NCBI GenBank assembly: GCA_964016885.1
Contig: OZ024744.1
Coordinates: forward strand, 102,734,001-102,798,000
Direction: 5' to 3'
Length of the DNA stretch: 64,000 nt
From: Eledone cirrhosa
Taxonomy: Eukaryota
Shown here: one piece after another, positions 12,100 to 25,498 of the stretch
Numbering within the stretch: the stretch's first letter is position 1
Layout of the letters: every line of letters starts with the position of its first letter
Made by a program: the position numbers and the translations under genes
Notes under the pieces: model-generated
The model's database searches: none
Told to the model about the DNA's origin: nothing
The model's input: only the letters and a program-made list of their open reading frames with translations

Positions 12100-13470
12100 C
12101 ACACAAGCGTGAATGACATTGTACTTCTTTGCCCACTTATTCCTGAGGGTTGAGGGGGCAGAGTCCTCAAAAATGCCTTCCAGCGGGTCCTATCAGAAGC
12201 AACCATCTCCAACTGATCCAGCTGGATCCCCAAGCATAATCAGCCAAACTCATGGATGTTATCCAACCATCTTGCCGGTTGGTTTTGCCTATAAAATCCG
12301 TCCAGCAATTCTTTCCTGAGACATTCTAACCACATACCCATAGTATCGGAGCTATGATCTCTCAATTCAGAGAAGTAGCAGCTCCTCCTGGAGTTACTCT
12401 CTGATCTCCAAGCTGCTCACTTTATCAAGTAACATTACTCCAAAGACCCTTCGGAGGAATCCCATTTTGGCTGCTTGTATTTGCGATTATATTTTTTTGG
12501 TCATTACCCAAGATTCACCATCATAGTTAAGGGTTGGCACAAAAACTGAATTGAAGATGTTGAGTTTGGCTTTTACATCTACCTGATTACTGAATGCTGA
12601 AGATGGTGCATTACTGCACCAGCTTTTGCAATTCTTGCACTTAATTCAGCCTCTTCTCTTCCATCACTTGTGAACATGGCCCCAAGATACTTGAGCTTTT
12701 CTGCCTGCTTCAGTGGAACTCCATTCACATGTAGAGTGCACTGCGCAGGTTTCCTTGACAGGATGAGTGTCCCAGTTTTCATTCGAGTTATGCAGCACTT
12801 GGCATCAAACCTATCACGTGCAAGTCAAAGATCATCTCTCGAGTTAAGTAACACCATGTTATCTGCAAATTCAAAACACTGATTTTACACCTGCCAGTTA
12901 CGATACCTCTTCCAACTCAGCTGCACATGTCAATCCCGTTTATGTAAATAATGAACAGGAGAGGTGACAGTATGCACCCTTGGTAGAGTCCAAACACAAA
13001 TACTATGGTATTCTTATAGTCATCAGGGCTGCAAGAAGCTGATCATCTATCCCATACTCCTGCAAAACCTTCCACAGCATGTCCCGAGGAACACGGTCAT
13101 ATGCCTTCTCAAGATCTACAAAACAAGAATATTCCTCTTGGCAATACTCCCACGATTTCTCAAAGACCTGCCAGTGTTGGCTGAGCTGTGTCCGGGGCAA
13201 AAACCACACTAATCATCAGCTAGCTTGGACTCAACAATCTCCCTGCATCTCTTTGCCAGACACTGAGCATAGACTTTACCGGGGAGACTTAACAAGGAGA
13301 TACCTCTCTAATTGGAACAATCTCTCCCTTTTTGAAAATTGGGAATATCACTCCTGATTTCCATTGCTTAGATGCCTTTCCAGAGATCCAGGTCACAGGC
13401 ACATATGAGTCAGCCAGAGAATACATTCTCTGTTTAAGCTTTTAACATCTCGGGCTGGATTTCAATTACA
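12100..13470 (-). mobile_element. Degenerate RTE (Rex3/Expander-like) LINE RT fragment
   Basis: EKSWEY...SCFVDLEKAYDRVPRDMLWKVLQEYGI, LKQAEKLKYLGAMFTSDGR..ARIAKAGAVM, FADN at the YADD position. Confidence 0.85.
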
Positions 13471-13884
13471 GAATTGAGTAAATGCTTCATTCCTTCATGA
13501 AACAATGGTAACTTTATTTTTTATTTTATTTAATTTTATTTATGGTTTTCAAAATATTGTTCACATGCTTGAATTTCAGAGGTTCTGATTGTGCAAAAAA
13601 AAAAAAAAAAAAAAAAAATCCAAATGTATTTTTTGGTCATGCCTTTTTCACTGACAGCATACCTAATGATTCTGCCAGGTGTGAAACATTTTATATGCTG
13701 ACTGTAAAAGGGAGTAGTATTCAAAACAACACTACTTGACAAAAACCAATATTTTTATCTAAATGATTTGCTTTGAACAAATGACAATGAATATCCTGCT
13801 ATAATTCCTAATTAAGTTAAAATACTCATACATCATTGATAAAATATTTGTAACATGTGCAAAATATATTGTTACTTTCATAAA

Positions 13885-13914
13885 ATACCCGAGCATTGCT
13901 CGGTACCTCTGTTA
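13885..13914 (+). mobile_element. Helitron-type 3' terminus (hairpin plus YTAG|T)
   Basis: ccgagcattgctcgg hairpin followed by tacctctgTTAG|t; same layout as the Helitron ends at 25628 and 33292. Confidence 0.45.
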
Positions 13915-13923
13915 GTATATATA

Positions 13924-13969
<46 letters not shown>

Positions 13970-14550
13970 CATGATGGCTGCCCCCTCGTTATCGAGTATG
14001 GCCATTGCACGATATACCATTATTAATAATTATTAATTAATTCTATCGTGTAATGCCTGTGTGTGAAGATCTATTTTAAAGTGAGGAAAGACTGTGCACT
14101 GAGCCAATCCCACGCTCTGAGCGACAGTGGCTATAACCCGAAAAGAAGAAAAGATCAATATCATCGGTAACTACTGAGCCACAGGTTTTATATCAGAGTT
14201 ATCCCAGTTTCCTGAGTTGCCTTCTCCTAGAAGAATGCCCTGACATAGGCTAGGGGCCCTTCACTCCCAGTAGTTTAACCGTGAGGTACATGTGTATATA
14301 CATATTTACACACTTTTGGATGGCCATTGACTCTTATGAGTTCTTCTGCCCTTTGTCAGGTTTTGTTTTTTGTCCTGCAGGGTGTCCAAAATCACTCTCC
14401 TCACTAAGTAAACTTGCTAGGGTTGCCGGTTTAGTCGCCAACGACCTGACCATGCGACAGGTTGTACTGGGTTACATGTTACCAGTAGCACTCAAGAGTG
14501 ACCCGACATACCTACATACATATACATATACATATACATATATAGATAGA

Positions 14551-15029
14551 CAGTAATCCCCGCTATAGCGCAGTTCACTTTTCACGGTCCTGCTACATCG
14601 CGGATTTTTCTTTGGAATATATCTATTTTCTTATCACGGTACATACGTCTGAATAAAAAGTGTTTAAAATTTAAGTTTATTAAATAAGTTTTGATGTGAT
14701 TGAAGTGTATAGTATAAGGAAGGGGCATCTTAAGGCTTTAATTATAAAAAAATGTTTTTCTCTAATCTACCACAAACCCTTCATAGATTGACAGGAGATG
14801 TGCAGTGTGTTACCAAGTGGTTAACATGGCTGGTAATGGTCATCATTGGTAGTGGTACGATTGTTGGTGGTAGTTGCTATACGACCGTTATTGGCTGTTT
14901 TTGGTGTTTAAATACAAAAGTGAGTTTTAATGAGTTTATATGTACTTAAAGCATGTAGGAGAGGTATTTAAGGCTTAAACTATGAAAACAACTGTTGTCT
15001 TTATGATCTTTCTATATCGGGGATTACTG
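14551..15029. mobile_element. Tigger/pogo-derived MITE
   Basis: TIRs cagtaatccccgctatag / ctatatcggggattactg (17/18 match), TA on the right flank, no coding capacity. Confidence 0.75.
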
Positions 15030-15033
15030 TATA

Positions 15034-15325
15034 TCATCATTTTATGTTCACCTTTCCCTGCTTGCAAGGGTGAGATGGATCCTCTTCAGCACCGGATCTC
15101 TCCATTTGTCACAGTCCTTTGTCATTTCCTCTGTGAACTTCAGCGATATGAGGTTAGCTCTCACCGGCACGTCTTCACCCAGTGGTCATTACCCATGCAC
15201 ATCACATGGCTATATCAACATTGTCTTCTCTCCTGCACATTACCGTTTATTCCTCTTATACACAGTTTCTCTCTCAACTCATCCATCTTGGTCACTCACG
15301 CACATTGATATTGCACATCCATTCG
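15034..15325 (-). mobile_element. RTE LINE 3' fragment
   Basis: Reverse complement of the RTE 3' end with a (CAT)n tail at 15034; homologous to 16500-16860. Confidence 0.8.
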
Positions 15326-16867
15326 AGATAAGTGTGTCCGGAATGATGCCGGTGTACTTAGTGTCACGAATGATCAAAAAAAGGAGGCCTGGAAATGTGG
15401 AGAATGAATGGGAGAGAGAGAAATTACCCGCAGTAGGCCCAACAGAGGGACCAGCTATTGAGATTGACAAATATAGGGTACAAGAGGCGATTAACAAAAT
15501 GAAAAATGGTAAGGCTGCAGGACTGTCGGGAGTAGTTGCTGAGATGCTGAAGGCATCAGGTGAAGTAGGCATTAAACAACTGATTAGAGAAAGGGTCAAA
15601 TTAGAGAAGAATAAGTCACTATACTTAGCTTTTGTTGACCTAGAGAAGGCCTTTGATAGGGTACCCCGATCTGTCATCTGGTGGTCCCTAAGGAAACTAG
15701 GTGTGGATGAATGGCTTGTGAGGACAGTGCAAGCTATGTACTGGGGGTGCTGTCAGTAAAGTAAGAGTAGGAATAGAGTTTAGTGAGGAATTCCAGATAC
15801 AAGTAGGTGTACATCAGGGTTCAGTCCTCAGGCCGCTCTTGTTCATTATAGTCCTCCAAGCCATAACAGAGGAGTTTAAGACTGGCTGTCCACGGGAACT
15901 TCTCTATGCTGATGATCTGGCTCTTATAGCAGAATCAGTAGAGGAGCTAGAGAATAAATTCTGGCTATGGAAACAGCAGTTGGAATCAAGAGGACTGAGA
16001 GTGAACATAGCTAAGACAAAAGTGTTGATAAGTAGAAGAGAGGACAATACTCTGATTCCATCAGGGAAATGGCCATGTTCGATATATAGGAAAGGAACTG
16101 GCATAAATTCCATAAAATGTACGCAATACAGATCTTGGGTACACAAGAGATGTAGTGGGATAGCAGGCAAACTAACAGGTAGGGAAAACTATGTATGCAG
16201 TACCTGGAAATTTGGCAGTATTAATTGCAGTGATAGACTCATTTTTCCAATGCAGGTGAGTTCTATAGAAGTGGTTGATACCTTCCGGTACCTAGGTGAT
16301 CAGATTAGCATGGGAGGGGGTGTTCCGAACCCATAGTATCTAGGACGGGTTGGAAGAAGTTTAGGGAGCTGCTTCCTTTGTTGACAAAGAAGATTTTTCT
16401 CCCTGCATACGAAAGGATTGTTATATGATGCCTGTGTGAGATGCGCGATGCTGTATGGTAGTAAGACATGGGTGGCAACTGCAGAGAAATGAAGCAAGTA
16501 TGCTCCGTTGGATGTACAATGTCAATGTGCGTGAATGACCAAGCATGGACGAGTTGAGAAAGAAACTGGGTATAAGAGGGATAAGTTGTGGTGTGCAGGA
16601 GAGAAGGCTGAGATGGTATGGGCATGTGATGTGCATGGAGGATGACCGCTGGGTAAAGAAGTGCCAAGAAATGCCAGTGGAAGGAAGATGCAGTAGAGGT
16701 AGACCATGTAAAACATGAGCGGAGGTGGTGATAGCAGACCTCAGATCGCTGAAACTCACCGAGGAGATGACGAAGGACCGTGACAAGTGAGAGATGCTGT
16801 GCTAAATAGGACCCGTCCAACCCTTGAAAGCAGGGAAAAGCAGACGTAAAATGATGATGATGATGAT
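15326..16867 (+). mobile_element. RTE LINE (RT and 3' end), internally deleted
   Basis: KMKNGKAAGLSG, LYLAFVDLEKAFDRVPRSVIWWSLRKLG, ELLYADDLALIAES, FRYLGDQI; (TGA)n tail at 16852-16867. Confidence 0.92.
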
Positions 16868-17415
16868 TAAAGCATGCTTGCTTCATTTCTCTCCAGCTGT
16901 CGAATATCCTCCGCAGTTGCTGCCCATGTCTCACTACTATGCAGCATTGCACACTTCACACAGGCATCATATAACCGACCCTTCGTTTGTAGGGAGAAAC
17001 GCTCTGTTGACAACAGAGGAAGCAGCTCCCTAAACTTCTTCATCCTGTCCTTATTCTAGATACTATGGCCCTGGAGTATCCTCCTCCCATGCTAATCTGA
17101 TCACCTAGGTACTGGAAGCTATCAACCACTTCTATAGATCCTACCTACATTTGAGAAATGTGCCTATCACACATTTTTCTATCAATTTTCCCTGAACATC
17201 AACTACATACAAAGTTTTCCTTTCTTGTTAGTTTGTTTGCTATCCTACTACACCTCTTGCGTATCCAAGATCTGCATTGTGTACATTCTATAGTTTATGC
17301 CAACTCTTTTTCTGCACATCGAGCATGGTCATTTTCCTGATGGAATCAGAGTCTTGTCTCAATTCTTTAGTCTTTGTTAGGTTTCCTCTCAGTCCTTTTG
17401 ATTCTAACTGCTGTT
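16868..17415 (-). mobile_element. Inverted RTE LINE fragment abutting the previous copy
   Basis: Reverse-complement homology to 15970-16505 (KQQLESKGLR, CVKCAMLHSSET). Confidence 0.85.
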
Positions 17416-17880
17416 TCTCTCTAAAAATGAAAGGCAGATTGTATGATGCCTGTATACGAACAGTAATGTTACATGGCAGTGAGACATGGACATTGTGTGC
17501 AGAGGATCTGCGCAGATTGGAAAGGAACGAAGCATGTATACTCTGTTGGATGTGTAATAGTAATATACGTAAACGGCAAAGCATAAATGAACTAAGTGAG
17601 AAATTAGGAATAAGAGGGATCAGATGCTGTTTACTTGAGAGAAGATTACATTGGTATGGTTATGTGATGCGCATGAAAGACGAGAGCTGTATAAAAAAGT
17701 GCAGGGCGATCAAAATTGATGGAAGTTACAGAGTGGGTAGACCCAGAAAAACCTGGGTCGATCTGATGAAATCTGACCTTGCACACTTACACATCTCTAA
17801 GATAATGTCACTGGATCGAAAGCTTTGGCGCTACGCAGTTATACAGAAGACCCGCCTTCCCTTCGTACAAAGTTAACCTA
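17416..17880 (+). mobile_element. RTE LINE 3' part, different subfamily
   Basis: KGRLYDACIRTVMLHGSETW...RRLHWYGYVMRM...GRPRKTW. Confidence 0.85.
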
Positions 17881-17999
17881 CAGTCAGTAGGGCCCCCTCC
17901 AACTAAATATACACCCCAACCCACTACCCTACTCCATCCTCCCACTCCCACCAATACCACCCTTTCTCTGTAAAGTTATGTTGGTACCACAGAACATCC

Positions 18000-18268
18000 A
18001 GTCCACACTACAGTGGTTGTGTAGGTGTCACAAAAGAACACAGTCCATACTGTAAAGTGGTCGTGTAGGAGACACGGTAAAAAGGCTCCCAGTCGACACT
18101 GTAATTGTGGTTGGTGTTAGGAAGGGCATCCAGCCGTAGAAAACCTGCCAGATACAGTCCTATACAAGCGAGACATGGTCATCTGATCAATCTTGCCTCA
18201 AGTGGGACAATTCTTGTCTAACCCATGCTAGCGTGGCAGATAGACATTAAATGATGATGATGATGATG
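18000..18268 (+). repeat. SINE with RTE-type (TGA)n tail
   Basis: Core gtggttggtgttaggaagggcatccagccgtagaaaac, then aacccatgctagcgtgg...aaatgatgatgatgatgatg. Recalled as a high-copy octopod SINE-like repeat. Confidence 0.7.
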
Positions 18269-19500
18269 TTTCCATAGCCAGAATTTATTCTCTAGCTCCT
18301 CTACTGATTCTGCTATAAGTACCAGATCGTCAGCATAGAGAAGTTCCCATAGACAGCCAGTCTTAAGCTCCTGCTATGGCTTGGAGAACTATAATGAATA
18401 AAAGTGGTCTGAGGACCAAACCCTGATGAACTCCTACTTGTATCTGGAATTCCTCACTAAACTCTATTCCTACTCTTACTTTACTGACAGCTCCTCTGTA
18501 CAAAGCTTGCACTGTCCTCACAAGCCATTCCTCTACACCTAGTTTCCTTAGGGATCACCTGATAACAGATTGGGGTACTCTATCAAAGGCATTCTCTAGG
18601 TCAACAAAAGCTAAATATAGTGGTTTATTCTTCTCTAAGAACCTCTCTTGTAATTGTCTCACCAAGAAGAGGGCATCTGTTGTACTTTTCCCAGGCACAA
18701 AACCAAACTACATCTCATCTAATTTGACTCTTTCTCTAATTAGTTGTGCTAGCATTCTTTCTGTCACTTACATAACCTGATCCATCTGTTTTATACCCCT
18801 ATAATTGCTCCTATCCAGAGCATCCCCTTTACCTTTGTAACACATAACATGTATACTGCTGCACCAGTCTTCGAGTATGACTCCGCCATATATAGCTTGA
18901 TTGACTCTGTGTGTAACTAGTTTAGTTCCTACTTCTGATGCCTTTAACATCTCAGCGACTATACCTAACGGTCCAGCAGTCTTACCTCTTTTCATTTCTT
19001 TAATTGCTTCTTTGACCCTTTAGTCGTCAACCTCGATAGCTGGTCCCTTTTTTTGCGTCTGCTGGGGGGTTAGTTTCTTTCTTTCCCATTCACCAGTCTC
19101 TCATAGTGACATTTTCAGGCCTCCTTTTTCTGAGCATCAATGATGGTAAGTGCACCAACATCATTTCGGACACACTTATCTCCAACAACATCCTGACTTA
19201 CTGACACACTTGCAATGCGGAACACCTGATGTCTCCAATCCCCTCGTCTCAGAACGTTGGTAAACCTCCTACTCTCAGCTTCCCTGCGTGCTAAGTACAC
19301 CTGACGTCTAGCCTCTCTTTTAGTGGTTGAGTATCGGTTTCTACCACCCCCACCTCCCCTCCCATTTTCCAATCCTTCAATGCTTGTCTTTTGACTCTAT
19401 CTAACGTGCTGTTTCACCACCAAATCACCCTCTGTCTGGTTGGAGCTTTGCTCCAGCCACAAGTCTCTTCAGTTGCGTGCAGTAGGTTGTCGCGTATGTG
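18269..19500 (-). mobile_element. RTE LINE RT fragment
   Basis: KRGKTAGPLGIVAEMLKAS, YKGKGDALDRSNYRGI, FGFVPGKSTTDA, LLYADDL on the minus strand. Confidence 0.9.
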
Positions 19501-19999
19501 TGTATATCTAGTAACAACACAAATATACCCACATCTATATTGTAGCGTTGTAGTCAATGAACGCTATCTCTCCTCACATTTTCCCTTTCTTCTTTAAATT
19601 TCAATAAACTTTCGCAAAATAAAATAGCTTAATTTTCCGACATACAGAAATATGTAGAATTGAAAATATAATTTTAAGGCAGTTTTTAAAAATATTGTGA
19701 TAATACAATAATTTTAAATGATTAAAAGGCTAAACAATATGTAAAAAGAATTAAAACCTAGTAGGTTATTCAAAATATTAAAGTCATGGAAGGAAAAGAT
19801 CTAAAGATTCGATTCAACTAAGGTTTATTCGACCGCTAAAATCTTTTCTGACTTTTTGAGGTCTATAAAAAAGTACCAGTCTAGTACTGGGGAGTCGATT
19901 GTTTCTCACTTTGTATCGTTCTCTGGAAGAAATTTTCTGTATTCAAACCTGGAGAGGAGACTATGCCCAAGAAAGGCTGTAATACGGCATCCTTACCAC

Positions 20000-20234
20000 T
20001 TTAGCAGTATTAGTTATAAATGTTATCGAGATACGAGTGACATAATAATTATTTCAACAGCAGAAATTAGAGATGAAATATACGTTTATTTTTTGATGCA
20101 GCACAAACAATGGTGTTGTACAGAGGTTGGTTTCTGGCGTGTGATCGGTCGGCTTTCCAGTGGCTGTCTGGCTTTTCTTTCTGGCGTTCTCAACCGGCGT
20201 TGTTCTATCAAGGAGCGTGAGGCGTCTTACTACA
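20000..20234 (-). repeat. 3' LTR of Gypsy element 1
   Basis: Direct repeat of 25278-25498 with about 6 substitutions and a 14-bp indel; TGTAG...CTAAA in element orientation. Confidence 0.95.
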
Positions 20235-20446
20235 GTACCTCGAGCCAGATTTTCAAATTATCAAAAATCGATGTCATTACTCACATGTGGAGTAAGATGG
20301 CGAACAATGCAACAAGGGGGAGCTATCCGCTCTAGCAAAAATTGAATCCAGAATAAGGATTTGAAAAATGTTAAAAAAAAACATGCATGCATAAAAAAAC
20401 AAGGCAAAGAAAAAGCAGAAACACAGAGGCAAAAAAAAAGGTGCAG

Positions 20447-23400
20447 CTAACATAGTCTAAATATAGACGGTGCTGCAAAATTTTTTGTCCAGTGGACCCT
20501 ACGACCTGAACGGGTCGTGGTCTTGTAACGTGGCGATGGTGGTGGTGTAGGGACAGGCGATGATGGTGGTTCAGGAACAGTCGGTCGCTCAACAGGCAAA
20601 TACGAAGGGGTTCGTGGATCAGGAACCACAGCGTCCGTGTCAAGGTGAGCCTGCTTAAGCCTGTCTATTGTAACTGTCTCCCTGGACCCCTTAATATCTA
20701 ATGTGAAATGCTTAGCCGAGCGCGCTAAGACACAGTAAGGTCCAGTGTAAGGCTGTGTGAGCGGGGGCTTCACCGTATCATTCCTTACAAAGACATGCGT
20801 CCACGAGGCAATATCCCTCGGGACAGCAGTCTTGACAGTTTGTTTCCTACTGTCCATTGGCGGCAAATCCTGGAAATAGGAGCGCAAACGGGACACGTAG
20901 GAAGCGTGATCTTGGGCATCAAGATCGATAGGGGCGAGCATTTGCCCGGGCAACGTCAGAGGGGCACCGTACAGTACTTCGGCCGGTGAAAATCTAAAGT
21001 CGACCTTCACCGTTGACCGAATCCCTAGTAGCACAATAGGGAGGTACTCGCTCCAATGCGCCGAGTCCATTGAGGCCATTAAGGAGGCCTTCAGTTGGCG
21101 GTGAAAACGCTCCACCATACCATTCGAAGCGGGATGGTATGCCGTCGTTCTAATGTGTTTAGCACCAATTAATGTTGACAGCTCGAGAAAAAGGCTCGAC
21201 TCGAACTGTCGTCCACGGTCGGTAGTTATTGTGGATGGAACTCCATAACGAGAGATCCATCCAGACACAAGAACACGTGCTGTTGTCTCCGCGGTGATGT
21301 TTTTCAAGGGGATGGCCTCAGGCCATCTCGAAAAACGGTCAATGACGGTAAGTAGATAAGAAAAACCATCGCTGACAGGCCAAGGTCCCACTATGTCAAT
21401 ATGAATATGTGAAAAATGCGCATCTGGGTTAGCAAAGGTACCCAGGGGAGCCTTGACGTGTCGATGGACCTTTGATCTCTGGCAAGCGACGCAGGAACGG
21501 GACCAAGCAGCAATTTCACGCCTCATATTTGGCCGGAAAAATCTAGCTGATATGAGCTTTGCTGTGGCAGAAGATCCTGGATGCGAGATACAATGTAATC
21601 CCAGAAACACGGTCCGACGATGATTCTCTGGAACGAAGGGCCTAGGCACGTCCAAAGAGACGTCGCAGAGAATTTGGCCAACTGCAGTCGACAGAGGCAA
21701 GTATTTCATCTCGCAATTCGCAAACTCGGGCGATGTGACATCCAATGACTCAAGGGGAGGCTGATCCGCAGCCAAACGAGTCAGATCTATGTCAGAGGAT
21801 GACGAGATCGCTGTCACGGGTAAGCGGGACAAAGCATCGGCTGCTGTATTTAGTGAACCCGGAATGTGCTGGATATCACTCGTATATTGCGAGATGAAAT
21901 CAAGGTGTCTCGTCTCTCTGGGCGAGTATTTATCAGCCTTCACTCTCAAAGAAAAAGTCAATGGTTTATGGTCAGTGAGGATAGTAAATTGTTTACCCTC
22001 TAGCACATGTGAAAAATGTTTCACGGCCAAAAGCTCTCTTCCAAAGGTGCTGTAGCGCGTCTCAGCAGGATTTAGCTTTTTGGAAAAAAACTCCAGCGGT
22101 TGCTGGTAACCATTGATGTTTTGCTGTAGTACTGCGCCCACAGCGATATCCGATGCATCAACACAAAGCGTTAGCTTTCCACCGGGTACCGGGTGAGTCA
22201 GTAACGAAGCATTAGCCAAAACAGTTTTGGCGTGCTGAAAATCAGCAAGTTGAGTGTCAAAGAAATATCTTTGTTCTTCCTCCGACAATTTTTCAAAATT
22301 TCTGTCAGGGAGAAAAGCAATGTTGCACAATTTGGCACGAAACGCCTATAAAAGTTAATCAGACCTAAGAACTGGCATAACTGACGTAGTGAGGTCGGTG
22401 GAGGCAAATCCTCTATGACCTTAACTCGCTCAGGCCGGGGTCGAATACCGTCAGCATCGATGACGTGACCCAAGAAAGTCAGTGACTCAGCACCAAAAAC
22501 ACATTTGGGTGCATTAAGCTGCACGTTATACGCCTTCAATCGGCGGAAAAGAAGATTCAAATGGTGCGTATGCTGCTCTGGAGAAGAACTAGCAATGAGC
22601 AGGTCGTCAATATAGGTATAGACGAAATCGAGGCCGCGAGTAACCTCATCCATAAACCGCTGAAAAGTACTAGCGGCATTCCTTAATCCGAACGGCATAG
22701 TCAAAAACTCGAAAGACCCAAATGGCGTAACTATAGCCGTTTTTGGAATGTCATTTTTATGGACAGGAATTTGATGGTACGCACGAATTAAATCCAGTTT
22801 GGAGAATATCTTGCATCCCTGCAACGAAGACGCAAAGTCTTGCAGATGAGGGATAGGATAACGGTCCGGTACCGTTATCGAATTCAGGCGTCGATAATCT
22901 CCAGTAGGTCTCCAATCGCCATTCGCTTTCGGTACCATGTGTAATGGGGACGCCCACGGGCTCGTGGACGGACGAACAATCCCCATTTGCAGCATATGAT
23001 CAAATTCTGATCGTGCTGCTTTGAGTTTGTCCGGAGGCAAGCGACGAGGACGAGAGAAAACGGGAGCACCAATTGTAGATATGAAGTGCTCCGTGGTATG
23101 AGTTGGTTCATCAAATCGAAAATTTCCCCGAGTCAGTTGCGGGAACGAGTTCAACAACGCATGGAAAGGATCACCGGTGTTAGCAAGAAAAAATGTCGGG
23201 CTAACCGTTGGAACTCCTGCCGCCTTGCCAACAACAGTTAATCCCGTGATGCCATCAATTAGGCGTTTACCACGAAGGTCCACCGTCAATGAAAAATGGT
23301 GGAGAAAATCCGCGCCTAGAATCGGATACGGCAAGGCAGCGACAGTAAATATCCATTTAAACTCGCGCCGCAGATTACGAAACTGCAAAGGTAACGAGAT

Positions 23401-23622
23401 TTGTCCGAAAGTTCGAATCGGCGAACAATTTACTGCCTGCAACTCAATAGGCGTCTCAGGGGGAGTCTCCTTCATACAACACACAGGCCATACGGAACAA
23501 GCTGCACCTGTGTCAACCAGAAAAGCTCTACCTGACAGCAGGTCCTCAATGAAAAAGTGGCGGTTAGATGTTGTTTCGCAGAGCGCACTATCCGCCGTTA
23601 GTGACTCTGGTCGTCTTTTCCC
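20447..23622 (-). pseudogene. pol: Gypsy pol (protease, RT, RNase H, integrase with GPY/F), frameshifted near 22250
   Basis: [46 protein letters not shown] zinc finger, [27 protein letters not shown]. Split between ORFs 22198-23634 and 20447-22330. Confidence 0.95.
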
Positions 23623-24381
23623 TCGTAAGCACAAGGAGGCCTACAACGGGCGGCTTTTTTACCATATCTCTCATGGTAATAACAATATGGTGTTCCTGGT
23701 GTGTTGGAAGGGCTACGGTGGCGAGAAGTTGAATAACGTCGTGAGCGGCTCCTCTGCCGTCCAAAGGACCTGAATTCCGTGCGCAACTCCGCCATTTGAC
23801 GAGACATGGCTTCCATAGCGGTGATTAATTTGTCATCAGACGCTGATGAGCGTGATTGAGGAAGAGAAGAGGAAGCAACGAACTTTGGCTTCGAAGTGTC
23901 TCTCTTCGTCACCTCTACAATTTTGTCAGCAGAGACAGCAATGTGATCCAGGGTATTCACCTCTAGCATATGGGCTAGGATCGCCTGTACCTCTTGAGGT
24001 AGGCGAGAGAAGAACAATTGCTTCAGGAAAGGGCTATCCTGATCTTGGGAATCGCTCAAATCCCGCAAATGCCGGAGAAAAGCGGTAGGGGTCCTGTCAC
24101 CTAATCGTTCGTCCTCGATCAATGATCGAAAAAGACTCTCTACCGACTTACAATGCCTCCGCAAAATCTCGCCCTTCACAAACTCATACGTCAAGTCAGA
24201 GGGGGGGGGGGGGGTCTGTAATTAGGTCTTGGACCGAATCTGCTAGATTAGGGGGAAGGCCGCTAATCAGTACAGCGAGGCGCTGGTCAGATTCGGTCTT
24301 ACAGACCGTAAAATACGCCTGTAACGGGGCAAACCACATCTTAGGTTTTCCAGTAAAGGCGGGCAAATGTAGCACATTCAT
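23598..24381 (-). pseudogene. gag: Gypsy gag with CHCC knuckle; frame broken at a G homopolymer (about 24200-24214)
   Basis: LPAFTGKPKMWF...LGDRTPTAFLRHLRDL...[18 protein letters not shown]. Confidence 0.9.
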
Positions 24382-25277
24382 GTCAACTTTTAAAATTAAA
24401 ACAAATATATATACATATATATCTAAAGAGCAATTAATGTACCCTTGTACAGTGAAAAGAGAACAGCCAATATTGAGAAAAAGTTAAAGGGCAAAAAGAA
24501 ACAGACATTCAAAACATAAGGAAATATGAAAAATACATAAAATACAGATATATATCTTTTAAAAAAAAAAACCTTTCCTTCAACGTCTGTCCCCTCGCGT
24601 TGCTTCAACGAACCAGCCAAATCAAATAAGGTAAAAAAGAAGAGGAAAAAAAAATGTTTGTTTTTTTAAAATTATATCCGCGTTGGATATCAACAAAGGT
24701 AGCCAGTGGCTAAAAATCCCTTAGAAAAAGGTAAGGCATGTATATCCACATGCGGGGCAGTTATGTTCACAAAAACAAGTTTAGTCTCTTCTCTCTTGAT
24801 CAGTCATGGAACACACACGTAATTCAAAAAATGTGTCCGTTTCAAAACTGGGAAGGAACGCAACGCAAACCTTGGAAAAATACACTTTTTTCTTTTTTCT
24901 TCTGTAAGTTGCGAAAAAGTTGGCAACGGAAATGAAATATTCCAGTGAATAAAAAAAAGTTGCTCTAAATTATCGACACGAATGAATCGTTTGGATATTT
25001 CCGATGTGTGGTGGTTTGCGTCTGTAAGGCTATGAAGCTGCCACTCACTATTCCCTGTTTTGGTCAGTGGTTAAACAATGTTGTCGCTGCTGCTGCTGTC
25101 GTTGTTGTTGTCGAGTGTAGCAAAAAGTTTTTTTTGAAATACTACTAATTTTTCAATAATTTTAAAAGGAATATTTTTTATTTTCACAAGTTGCGAAAAA
25201 AAGGCCGGCAATGTGGCAATAAAAGTTCAGCTGAATGAAAAAGAAGGGCTGCGTTAAATTCTTACGTCGGTCACCAC

Positions 25278-25498
25278 TTTAGCAGTATTAGTTATAGATG
25301 TTATCGAGATACGAGTGACATAATAATTATTTCAATAGCAGAAATTAGAGATGAAATATACGTTTCACAAACAATGGTGTTGTACAGAGGCTGGTATCTG
25401 GCGTGTGATCCGTCGGCTTTCCAGTGGCTGTCTGTCTTTTCTTTCTGGCGTTCTCAACCGGCGTTGTTCTATCAAGGAGCGTGAGGCGTCTTACTACA
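25278..25498 (-). repeat. 5' LTR of Gypsy element 1
   Basis: Followed in element orientation by the PBS TGGTGACCGACGT. Confidence 0.95.

Larger units (their letters stand above)
20000..25498 (-). mobile_element. Full-length Gypsy LTR retrotransposon, CsRn1/Kabuki-type (element 1)
   Basis: LTRs 20000-20234 and 25278-25498. 4-bp TSD ccac at 19996-19999 and 25499-25502. PBS TGGTGACCGACGT (tRNA-Trp-like) at 25264-25276. CHCC gag; domain order PR-RT-RH-IN. Confidence 0.96.

Noticed and set aside
24200-24214. gag frame break as a programmed frameshift
   Set aside because: It falls in a long G homopolymer, so slippage mutation or sequencing error is more likely.
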